Below the pieces are notes generated by a model, which did no database searches, was not told the DNA's origin, and saw only the letters and a list, made by a program, of their open reading frames with translations. A stretch of DNA of 45,844 nt from Bifidobacterium breve (GTDB taxonomy: Bacteria; Actinomycetota; Actinomycetes; S36-B12; CAIYMF01), in contig CALQEM020000001.1 in the NCBI GenBank assembly GCA_943329595.2, forward strand, positions 1-45,844, written 5' to 3'. A program made the position numbers and the translations under genes. Shown piece by piece: positions 26,193-33,537 of the stretch. Numbering within the stretch: the first letter of the stretch is position 1; each line of letters begins with the position of its first letter.

Positions 26193-27488
26193 ATGGCAAG
26201 CCTGCGCGACTCGGTGCTCGCGGCCTCGATCGGGCGCGACCGCGTCGTCGACGCAGTCAAGGGAGCGGCTCTGCTGCTCGTGGTGATCGGCCACAACCTC
26301 GCGTGGACCTCGCTGCCCGGCGGTGAGGCGCAGACCACGCTCGATGCAGCGCCCCAATTCTTCTGGCTTACCTGGCTGCTGCAGATCATTCCGCTGTTCT
26401 TCGTGATGGCCGGAGTCGGGCTGCGCCGTCTGGCGGGCGCCGCTCCGAGCGCGTACCTCTCGCGGGTCTCGCGCCTGCTCACCCCCACCCTTCCGCTGGT
26501 GGCCGCTGCCGTCGTGATCGCCGCGATCGTCGGGGCTGTGGCGCCGGACCTCGCTCCTGTCGCGGGCGTGCTTCCGGTGCAACTGCTGTGGTTCATCGGC
26601 GTGTACCTGCTGGTGATCGCGGTGGCACCGGTCCTGCTGCGCGTCACACGCGGGTGGCAGTTTGCCCTGTGGCTGTGCGCCATCGCCAGCGTCGACCTCG
26701 GCCGCGTCACGGTAGATGAATCCTTCGGCTGGCTCAACCTGCTGCTTATCTGGGCGCTATTCGCCGGTCTCGGAGTGAACCTCGTGCGGCTGCGCTCGCT
26801 ACCGCGCTGGCAGGTAATGGTGGCTCTGGCCGCGAGCATCGCCGGAGCCTGCCTGCTGGTGTGGCTCGGCCCCTACTCCCGCGCCCTCATCTCCACCGAT
26901 GCCGTGCCAGGAATCTCGAACCTTGCGCCTCCCACCCTGGTGCTCGCCCTTGCCGGCATCGCCCAAACCTGCGCGCTGCTGCTGGTGTGGGACCCTCTCG
27001 CCCGTCTGCTGGCACGCGACCGGGTGTGGGTGCCGGTCGCGGTGTTCTCCTCGCGCGCGATGGAGCTCTACGTCTACCACGTGCTGCTGATGGCGCTGCT
27101 CATCAGCGGCGTACTCGCCCTGAATATCGCCCCCGCCGCGCTGTCTGCCAGCTGGTGGGCGCTGCACCTGGTGGTCCTCGCCATCGATGCCGGCACCCTG
27201 CTGCTGCTCGCCCCCACGCTGCGCCATCTCTCGTCGCGGCTGACGGCGGCGCTGGCCCGCGGTGTTCCGGCCAGTCTCGCTCGCATGCTCGCGAACGGAC
27301 CCAGATCGCGAGCGCTGGTCGTCGCCGCCGCCCTTGGCATCACCGTGCTGCTCGTCAGCGAGGGTGGGGTCAACGACCTCGTGACTCCGAGAACCGTGGT
27401 GGTGCTGCCGTACGTGCCGATCGTGGCTCTAGCGCTTCTCACGGTCGGTACCGCGGTGGCCGCGCGGGCGAGTCAGAGGCTGAACTGA
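26193..27488 (+). CDS. Acyltransferase-3 family membrane protein
   Basis: DAVKGAALLLVVIGHNLAW at the N-terminus and about 10 TM helices. Confidence 0.8.
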   Translation: MASLRDSVLAASIGRDRVVDAVKGAALLLVVIGHNLAWTSLPGGEAQTTLDAAPQFFWLTWLLQIIPLFFVMAGVGLRRLAGAAPSAYLSRVSRLLTPTLPLVAAAVVIAAIVGAVAPDLAPVAGVLPVQLLWFIGVYLLVIAVAPVLLRVTRGWQFALWLCAIASVDLGRVTVDESFGWLNLLLIWALFAGLGVNLVRLRSLPRWQVMVALAASIAGACLLVWLGPYSRALISTDAVPGISNLAPPTLVLALAGIAQTCALLLVWDPLARLLARDRVWVPVAVFSSRAMELYVYHVLLMALLISGVLALNIAPAALSASWWALHLVVLAIDAGTLLLLAPTLRHLSSRLTAALARGVPASLARMLANGPRSRALVVAAALGITVLLVSEGGVNDLVTPRTVVVLPYVPIVALALLTVGTAVAARASQRLN

Positions 27489-28201
27489 CCTCGAAGAACC
27501 GTGGTGGCCGAGTGTTGGGGATTCCCGTCAACGGGCTCGTCAGAGATGTCGACCGCCGAGTACACCGACAGCGGAAGCCCCGAGGGAACACTGAACTCGG
27601 CATGTGACTGGCCTGACGACATGGTGCCCAGCGAAATCAGCCCCGAGTCGTCAGGGCTCATCAGCCACACCTCGTAAAACCCAGCAGAGGATCCGAGCCC
27701 CACGGCGTCGACCTCCACGTGGTACCCGACGGCGTCCTGAAGGAGCGCGGCGCGACCCCCGGTGGCCGTACTGGTCGTGCCGGGCAGCGGCGCGAGTTCT
27801 GTTGACGCCACGATCACCGCTGAACCCGACCGCGAGGGCAGCAGGCCGAGAACTCCCGCCCCGCCCACCACCAGAGCGAGAGCGGCCGCCACCGCCACCA
27901 GCGGCCACCATCTCCGGGCGTGACGCGCGGGGCGAAGCTCGACCACGCTGCCGGCAGAGTGGGGTACGTCGGTCGCGTCGGTGTCAGCAACGAAGGCCAA
28001 CGCAGCGATGCGGCCCCACACATCGGGGCTCGGGCCGGGCACCTCGACGACGCCCAACCGGGCAAGGGCGACCACGTCGGTGAGCGAGGCGAGCTCACTC
28101 TGACAGCCGACGCAGGAGTTGAGGTGGGCGACGAGGTCGGCGTCGTCGACGGGCTCACCCAGCGCCATGAGGGCGAGAAGATCAGGGTCACAGTGCGGCA
28201 C
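27473..28201 (-). CDS. Anti-sigma factor, zf-HC2 N-terminus plus RskA-type extracytoplasmic domain
   Basis: HLNSCVGCQSEL (HxxxCxxC), one TM helix (WWPLVAVAAALALVVGGAGVL), and a C-terminal YEVWLMSPDDSGLISLGTM...FSVP...VDISDEPVDGNP...VLRG resembling the anti-sigma-K RskA domain. Confidence 0.8.
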   Translation of the reverse strand: MPHCDPDLLALMALGEPVDDADLVAHLNSCVGCQSELASLTDVVALARLGVVEVPGPSPDVWGRIAALAFVADTDATDVPHSAGSVVELRPARHARRWWPLVAVAAALALVVGGAGVLGLLPSRSGSAVIVASTELAPLPGTTSTATGGRAALLQDAVGYHVEVDAVGLGSSAGFYEVWLMSPDDSGLISLGTMSSGQSHAEFSVPSGLPLSVYSAVDISDEPVDGNPQHSATTVLRGQFSL

Positions 28202-28736
28202 GGTTCACCTCCAGTCGGGTGCGCAGGCGCTCGAGCGAGCGTCTGATGTGGCTCTTCACGGTGCCCAGCGGTAAGTCGAGGTGCAGTGCTATCTGTTGGT
28301 GTGTGAGGTCGGAATAAAAGGCTAGTCGCATGATGTGGCCGGCCGGGTTGCCGAGGCTATCGAGCTCCTCGGCCAGAAGCACCCGGTCGACCACGTGGTC
28401 GTGGTGGCCGTCAACACCCTGCTCGTGCTCGTCAACCGCTAGCGCGAGGGTGTGAGGCGTTCTGCCCTCGCGCCGATAGTGGTCAGCGATACGTCGCCGG
28501 GTGATTCCGAGCAACCACCCCGGCAGTGACCCTGCGCCCGGGTCGTAGCTCGCCCGCGAGTTCCACGCCGATACGAACACCGCCTGGGTCACGTCGTCGG
28601 CGTCGGCGGGCGTGGGCACCGACTTCAGCGCCACGCCGTGCACCAGCCGAGACCAGCGGCGGTAGCACTCTTCCAGCGCCGCCTCGTCACCCACGGAGAG
28701 GCGAGCCCCGAGCTCGTCGGGACTCGCCTCCTCCAT
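28188..28736 (-). CDS. ECF (group 4) sigma-70 family factor, SigK-like by context
   Basis: Region 2 DADDVTQAVFVSAW...GWLLGITRRRIADHYR and region 4 LTHQQIALHLDLPLGTVKSHIRRSLERLR. Overlaps the anti-sigma start by 14 nt. Start at ATG 28736 (MEEASPDE). Confidence 0.9.
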   Translation of the reverse strand: MEEASPDELGARLSVGDEAALEECYRRWSRLVHGVALKSVPTPADADDVTQAVFVSAWNSRASYDPGAGSLPGWLLGITRRRIADHYRREGRTPHTLALAVDEHEQGVDGHHDHVVDRVLLAEELDSLGNPAGHIMRLAFYSDLTHQQIALHLDLPLGTVKSHIRRSLERLRTRLEVNRAAL

Positions 28737-28787
28737 GAACCGATCTTCACACACATCAGTCGATACCAACACTCGTGGAAGCGTGGG

Positions 28788-29516
28788 TCAGCAGGTCAAG
28801 CCCTTGGGGCAGTTGGCAGGGTTGTACGGAGCCGGGTCGATGTCGACGGGCAGGATGACCCGGTTGATCACGTGGGCGATCTGCTTGTTGCCCTTGTTGA
28901 TGTCGACCACGATTACCCGCGCATTGCGGAACTGACGGGCCGTGTCGTAGAGCGCGATCTGCCCGTGCACCATGCGGAGCGATACCTGCGAGCCGGAGAA
29001 CATCGTGAGCGTGGCCCTCGCGTGCGCCGCTGCCATGGCAGCGTGCGAGTTGATGGTGCCCGCGGTGCAGTGGGAGAGCAGAACCGTCTCCACGACGTCA
29101 ACCGCCGTGGTGCCGTTGCCGATGCTGGTGGCTAGAGTACCGGCGTACTGGACGACGCCGGTGAACACGTTGGCCTCGGTTCTGATGGTCTTTCCGGTGG
29201 CAGCCTCGGCGAAGTACTTGAACGCGAGGTCAGTGGGTGCGAAGCAGGTGAGGGAGTTGCGCCCGTTGGCGAGCTTCTTCACCGGAGAGTTCGGCTTCAC
29301 AGTAAGCACCGTGGCGACGGCCTTCGTGAGGATGTCGAGATCTGCCCAGTTCTTGTCGAAGGCGGGGTTGGCGACGTTGAGGACCGTTGCCAGCGAACGG
29401 GTTCCCATCGACGTGCGATCGATCGGTGCGGCGGAGGCAGGCACGACCGCGGATGCCACGAGTGCCGCCGAGGCCACTCCAGCCACCGCTACAGCCATGA
29501 GACGAACACGACGCAT
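28788..29516 (-). CDS. Secreted fasciclin (FAS1)-domain protein, copy A
   Basis: Signal peptide MRRVRLMAVAVAGVASAALVASAVVPASAAP. FAS1 blocks LTCFAPTDLAF and IAHVINRVILP. AAGGAG lies upstream of ATG 29516. Confidence 0.85.
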   Translation of the reverse strand: MRRVRLMAVAVAGVASAALVASAVVPASAAPIDRTSMGTRSLATVLNVANPAFDKNWADLDILTKAVATVLTVKPNSPVKKLANGRNSLTCFAPTDLAFKYFAEAATGKTIRTEANVFTGVVQYAGTLATSIGNGTTAVDVVETVLLSHCTAGTINSHAAMAAAHARATLTMFSGSQVSLRMVHGQIALYDTARQFRNARVIVVDINKGNKQIAHVINRVILPVDIDPAPYNPANCPKGLTC

Positions 29517-29565
29517 GGAAAATCTCCTTATGTCGGAGGCCCCGACTAGGGCCACTCCCCCACTC

Positions 29566-29593
29566 TGTCGTTAGCACCGGCCCAGGTGGATGC
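29566..29593 (-). promoter_or_regulatory. Candidate ECF-type promoter of fasciclin A (GCATCC-17 nt-CGACA on the reverse strand)
   Basis: The same hexamer, spacer length and distance to the ATG recur upstream of fasciclin B. The surrounding leader sequence has diverged. Confidence 0.4.
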
Positions 29594-29612
29594 ACCCGAA
29601 GCAAGAAAACTC

Positions 29613-29676
29613 TCAGCGGCCCGGATCCTCCGCCGGACCCACGTGGTCGGCCAACCACTCGAGCAGCGGGCGCACT
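29613..29676 (-). pseudogene. Remnant of the DUF2461 gene 3' end (last ~19 codons plus stop), left by the tandem duplication
   Basis: Encodes PLLEWLADHVGPAEDPGR*, identical to 30652-30708, with no upstream coding body. Confidence 0.7.
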
Positions 29677-29775
29677 GTGCACCAGTCGCGGCCACCGGAG
29701 GTAGCACTCTTCTAGCGCTGCCTCATCACCTAGGAAAAGGCGAGCCCCGAGGTCGTCGGGGCTCGCCTCCTCCAT
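29677..29775 (-). pseudogene. Remnant of the ECF sigma gene 5' end (first ~33 codons), fused to the DUF2461 remnant
   Basis: MEEASPDDLGARLFLGDEAALEECYLRWPRLVH versus MEEASPDELGARLSVGDEAALEECYRRWSRLVH in the intact gene. Track ORF 29230..29811 then continues out of frame across fasciclin A. Confidence 0.75.
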
Positions 29776-29826
29776 GAACCGATCTTCACACACATCAGTC
29801 GATACCAACACTCGTGGAAGCGTGTG

Positions 29827-30555
29827 TCAGCACACCAGGCCGGGAGGGCACTTACCAGGGTTGTACGGGGCCGGGTCGATGTCGAAGGACACGATCACCC
29901 GGTTGATCGCGTGGGCGATCTGCTTGTTGCCGATGTTGATGTCGGCCACGATCACGCGTGGGTTGCGGAACTTCTGCCCGCCGTCGTAGAGCGCGATCTG
30001 CCCGTGCACCATGCGGAGCTGTACGTTCGACGTGGAGAACATCGTGAGCGTGGCCCTCGCGTGCGCCGCCGCGATGGCAGCGTGAGAGTTGATGGTGCCC
30101 GCGGTGCAGTGGGAGAGCAGGACCCTCTCCACGACGTCAACCGCCGTGTAGCCGCCGCCAAGGCCTGCGGCGAGGGTGCCGGCGTACTGGACGAGCCCGT
30201 TGAACACGTTGCCTTCCCTCCTGATGTTCTGCCCAGTGGCACCCTGGTGGAAGTGCTTAAAAGCCAGGTCAGTGGGAGCGAAGCAGGTGAGGGCGTTGCG
30301 CCCGTTGACGAGCTTCTTCACCGGCGAGTTCGGCTTCTCCGTGAGCACCGTGGCAATGGCCCTCGTGAGGATGTCGAAGTCTCCCCAGTTATTGTCGAAG
30401 GCGGGGTTGGCGACGTTGAGGACCGCTGCCAGCGAACGGGTTCCCATCGCCGTGCGATCGATCGGTGCGGCGGAGGCAGGCACCACTGCAGAGGCAACGA
30501 GTGCCGCCGAGGCCACTCCAGCCACTGCTGCGGCCGTGAAACTAACACGACGCAT
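29827..30555 (-). CDS. Secreted fasciclin (FAS1)-domain protein, copy B
   Basis: 242 aa, with 193 of 242 residues identical to copy A by my count. Same signal peptide core and FAS1 blocks. Confidence 0.85.
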   Translation of the reverse strand: MRRVSFTAAAVAGVASAALVASAVVPASAAPIDRTAMGTRSLAAVLNVANPAFDNNWGDFDILTRAIATVLTEKPNSPVKKLVNGRNALTCFAPTDLAFKHFHQGATGQNIRREGNVFNGLVQYAGTLAAGLGGGYTAVDVVERVLLSHCTAGTINSHAAIAAAHARATLTMFSTSNVQLRMVHGQIALYDGGQKFRNPRVIVADINIGNKQIAHAINRVIVSFDIDPAPYNPGKCPPGLVC

Positions 30556-30604
30556 GGAAAATCTCCTTCCGCGGAAGGCCCCGACTGAGCCCACAATCAC
30601 ATTA

Positions 30605-30632
30605 TGTCGTCAGCACCGACCCACGTGGATGC
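30605..30632 (-). promoter_or_regulatory. Candidate ECF-type promoter of fasciclin B (GCATCC-17 nt-CGACA on the reverse strand)
   Basis: Positional equivalent of 29566-29593. Confidence 0.4.
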
Positions 30633-30651
30633 ACCCGAAGCAAGAAAACTC

Positions 30652-31296
30652 TCAGCGGCCCGGATCCTCCGCCGGACCCACGTGGTCGGCCAACCACTCG
30701 AGCAGCGGTCGCATCGCTCGCCAGTCGCGCTTCACCGTGGTGAGAGCCTTACGACTGCTGACCCACGGCTCGACCCCGTAGTTCCGCGCCACGGTGATTC
30801 GCCGGGCACGCAGCAGGTCCAGCCGAGGGTGGTCGGCGTCGTACCCCTTGGGCTTCGTCGCGAGCAGGTTCATGTCGAATGCGAACGCGCGCGGCACCGC
30901 CGCCACCAACAGCTCGAGCTCAACTCCGAAGGGTCCGTCGACTGCCTCGCGATAGCGGCGCATCTGTTCACCGCCCGGCGAGTACCAGCCGCCCGCCACC
31001 ATGAGCCCCTGCGCCGACACCTGAACGTAGTAGCCCACGGCGTCCTCGAGGGTGACCGTCGCACCCTGATGGGTCTTGATGGGGTCGCCCTTGCTGAACC
31101 GCGCATCGTTGTGGGGGCGAAAGAGCTTGGCAGCGCCGAACTCGTCGGCGAGCTCGGAGGTCAGCGCCAGCATCGGAGCCTTCACCAACGACTCGTACTC
31201 TCCCTTGTGCTCGGCCCACCACACCTTGGTGTTGTTAGCGGCAAGCCGCTCATAGAAATCAAAGGCCTGAGGGGAAAATCCAGCGAAGTCGGTCAT
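30652..31296 (-). CDS. DUF2461 (TIGR02453-like) family protein
   Basis: MTDFAGFSPQAFDFYERLAANNTKVWWAEHKGEYE...FRPHNDARFSKGDPIKTH...GGWYSPG...R. ATG 31296 overlaps the kinase stop (ATGA). Confidence 0.8.
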   Translation of the reverse strand: MTDFAGFSPQAFDFYERLAANNTKVWWAEHKGEYESLVKAPMLALTSELADEFGAAKLFRPHNDARFSKGDPIKTHQGATVTLEDAVGYYVQVSAQGLMVAGGWYSPGGEQMRRYREAVDGPFGVELELLVAAVPRAFAFDMNLLATKPKGYDADHPRLDLLRARRITVARNYGVEPWVSSRKALTTVKRDWRAMRPLLEWLADHVGPAEDPGR

Positions 31297-32681
31297 GCCT
31301 CCAGCGTGCCAGAGCTTGCGGCGGCCCGCGGAAGCTCCACCCAGAAGGTGCACCCCTGCCCGAGCGTCGACTCCACTCCGATGCGTCCCTGGTGGGCCGC
31401 GACGATTCCTGACGCGATCGCCAGTCCGAGACCGCTGCCACCCGTGGCGCGGGCCCGCGCGGCGTCCGCGCGGTAGAAGCGGTCGAACACGTGGGCGGCG
31501 TCCTCGGCACTGAGCCCCGGCCCGTGGTCGGCCACCTCGACGCGCCAACAGTCACCCCGCTCAAGCATTCGCACCTGCACATCGCAGCCGGCTGGCGTGT
31601 GCTTGCGCGCGTTGTCGAGCAGTGCCCCCACCACCTGGGTAAGTCTGTTTGCGTCGCCCGCGACGGCGGCCTCGGTGGGTCCGTCGAGGTCGAAGGCGCG
31701 GCTGGGGTCGATGGCGCGCGCATCGGACACCAGCCCGGCGACGACCGCGACGAGATCGACCCGGTCATGCCGGAAGTCGGGTCCGCGGTCCATCTCGGCC
31801 AGCAGCAGGAGGTCGTCGACGAGGCCGCCCATACGGAGGGCCTCCTGCCGGATGCGGCGCATCGCATCGTCAACGCTCGCCGGGTCACTGAGCCCTCCGG
31901 CGGCCCGCAGCGCCGCGTAGCCAGACAGCGTGGCCAAGGGGGTGCGCAGTTCGTGCGAAGCGTCGGCCACGAACTGTCGCAGGCGCGCCTGGGCAACCTC
32001 GTTCTCCTCGACCAGCCTGTTGAAAGCCTGCCCGAGTTCCTGCGCCTCCGTGCCTTCGGGAAACGCTGGCACCCGCTGGGTCGTGTCACCGGCGCCAATG
32101 GCACGGGCCACCCCGGTGACCTCGGCGATGGGCCTGAGCCCGAGCCGCACCATCCACCAAAACACCAGAGCGATGACGCCCAGAAGCAGGGCACCGATGC
32201 CCAGCAGGTTGCGGGCCAAGGTCGCAGACGCGGCGTCGACGTCGGCGAGGGACTGCCCCACCACCGCAGACGCGCCCATCGGCCCTGGGAAAGCGACCAC
32301 CCGCATGCGCTCCCCCGAGCCCCCGGTGGTCTCGACAGTGGTCGGAGCCGCGTACGAGCGGCCCGGCTTCAGCACGGGGGTGGTTCCGGGGTCGCTCTCG
32401 GGGGTGCCCACCGTCATCATCACGCCGTTAGCCTCGAGCCTCCCGACGTACAGGTCGGCCAGCGAACGTTGTCCGCGCGCATTGGGTGCGTCGGGGGGGT
32501 CGTTGGGGGTAAGCGGCGCCAGCGCAGCCGCAGACATCGCCGGCCGGCGCAACGAGTCGAAGCGTGAGTCAACCTGCTGCAGCAGGGTTGCCGACTGAAC
32601 TCGGAAGAGCACGTAGCCCGCGATGAGGAGCAGCGCGATGACCGCGCCGAGCGCAAACAGCAGCCGCGAGCGGAGCGTCAT
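31293..32681 (-). CDS. Sensor histidine kinase (2 TM helices, periplasmic loop, HAMP, HisKA, HATPase_c)
   Basis: H-box FVADASHELRTPLATL, N/G boxes LLDNARKHTP and DHGPGL...GGSGLGLAI. Start at ATG 32681 overlaps the regulator stop (TGATG). Confidence 0.9.
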   Translation of the reverse strand: MTLRSRLLFALGAVIALLLIAGYVLFRVQSATLLQQVDSRFDSLRRPAMSAAALAPLTPNDPPDAPNARGQRSLADLYVGRLEANGVMMTVGTPESDPGTTPVLKPGRSYAAPTTVETTGGSGERMRVVAFPGPMGASAVVGQSLADVDAASATLARNLLGIGALLLGVIALVFWWMVRLGLRPIAEVTGVARAIGAGDTTQRVPAFPEGTEAQELGQAFNRLVEENEVAQARLRQFVADASHELRTPLATLSGYAALRAAGGLSDPASVDDAMRRIRQEALRMGGLVDDLLLLAEMDRGPDFRHDRVDLVAVVAGLVSDARAIDPSRAFDLDGPTEAAVAGDANRLTQVVGALLDNARKHTPAGCDVQVRMLERGDCWRVEVADHGPGLSAEDAAHVFDRFYRADAARARATGGSGLGLAIASGIVAAHQGRIGVESTLGQGCTFWVELPRAAASSGTLEA

Positions 32682-33364
32682 CACGGCTCCCTGATGGTGT
32701 AGCCCACACCGCGCACGGTGCGGATCAGCTTGGGCTCGCCCGCGTCGACCTTCTTGCGCAGGTTGCTGACGAACGACTCGATGATGGACGAGTCTCCGTT
32801 GAAGTCGTACTGCCACACGGTGTCGAGGATCTGCGCTCGGCTTACCACCCGGCCCGCGTTGGTCATCAGGTATCGCAGCAGGTTGAACTCGGTGGGAGAC
32901 AGCAGGGCCTCCTGGCCCCCACGCCACACCCGGTGCGAGTCAAGGTCAAGTTCGAGGTCGGCCACGGCCAGTCGCGACGACTCGACCCCGGCTCCCGCGC
33001 GACGCAGTGCGACCTGCACCCGCGCCACGAGTTCCTCGAGCGCGAAGGGCTTGGTGATGTAGTCATCGCCCCCGATGGTGAGGCCCTTCACGCGGTCGGC
33101 GGTGTCGTGGCGCGCTGTGACAAAGAGGATGGGCGCCCGGCAGCCCTTGTTACGCAGCCGCGTGAGCAGGTCGAACCCGTCGAAATCAGGAAGCATCACG
33201 TCGAGCACGATCACGTCGGGCGCGAACCGGTCAACCTCTTCCAGCGCCTCAAGACCCGAGGCCACGGCCCGGGTCTCGAAGTCAGCGAGGCCCAGGGCCG
33301 AGGTAATGAGGAACGAGAGGTTTTCCTCATCGTCGACTACGAGCACTCGCGGAGTTGTCGCCAT
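32681..33364 (-). CDS. OmpR/PhoB-family response regulator
   Basis: VLVVDDEENL...VIVLDVMLPDFDG receiver domain and a winged-helix C-terminus LSPTEFNLLRYLM...IRTVRGVGY. Confidence 0.9.
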   Translation of the reverse strand: MATTPRVLVVDDEENLSFLITSALGLADFETRAVASGLEALEEVDRFAPDVIVLDVMLPDFDGFDLLTRLRNKGCRAPILFVTARHDTADRVKGLTIGGDDYITKPFALEELVARVQVALRRAGAGVESSRLAVADLELDLDSHRVWRGGQEALLSPTEFNLLRYLMTNAGRVVSRAQILDTVWQYDFNGDSSIIESFVSNLRKKVDAGEPKLIRTVRGVGYTIREP

Positions 33365-33415
33365 GCCATCACTCTCCCACTCTCACCTGAAGGCAGGCTC
33401 GACGCTTCCTGAACG

Positions 33416-33471
33416 TTGGCTGGATGCATTCTCCAGCCAATCTCCAGCCGTCCTTGCAGACCGCTCCAGCC
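33416..33471. promoter_or_regulatory. Phased direct repeats CTCCAGCC (x3, starts 33431, 33442, 33464) plus an inverted copy (33418-33424) in the divergent promoter region
   Basis: The 11- and 22-bp spacings equal one and two helical turns. The repeats sit 67-107 nt upstream of the repeat-protein ATG and 52-107 nt upstream of the regulator ATG. Confidence 0.5.
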
Positions 33472-33537
33472 CCCGTGGGGATCGTAGTGATGTGCCCGAA
33501 GACGTCGGGCAAACCACTCATAGAGAGCGAGACCACG

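Larger units (their letters stand above)
28640..29676. repeat. Left copy of a ~1,039-bp tandem duplication (sigma 5' end, fasciclin gene, promoter, DUF2461 3' end)
   Basis: Landmarks repeat at +1039: ATG 28736/29775, stop 28788/29827, ATG 29516/30555, TGA 29613/30652. Confidence 0.85.
29677..30715. repeat. Right copy of the ~1,039-bp tandem duplication
   Basis: See the left copy. The junction at about 29670-29700 resembles both parental sequences (caccag[c/t]cg microhomology). Confidence 0.85.

Noticed and set aside
29230-29811. A second, 194-aa ECF sigma factor paralogue.
   Set aside because: Only the first ~33 residues match the sigma. After the duplication junction, the frame reads through a DUF2461 remnant and then out of frame across fasciclin A. 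It lacks sigma regions 2.4 to 4.
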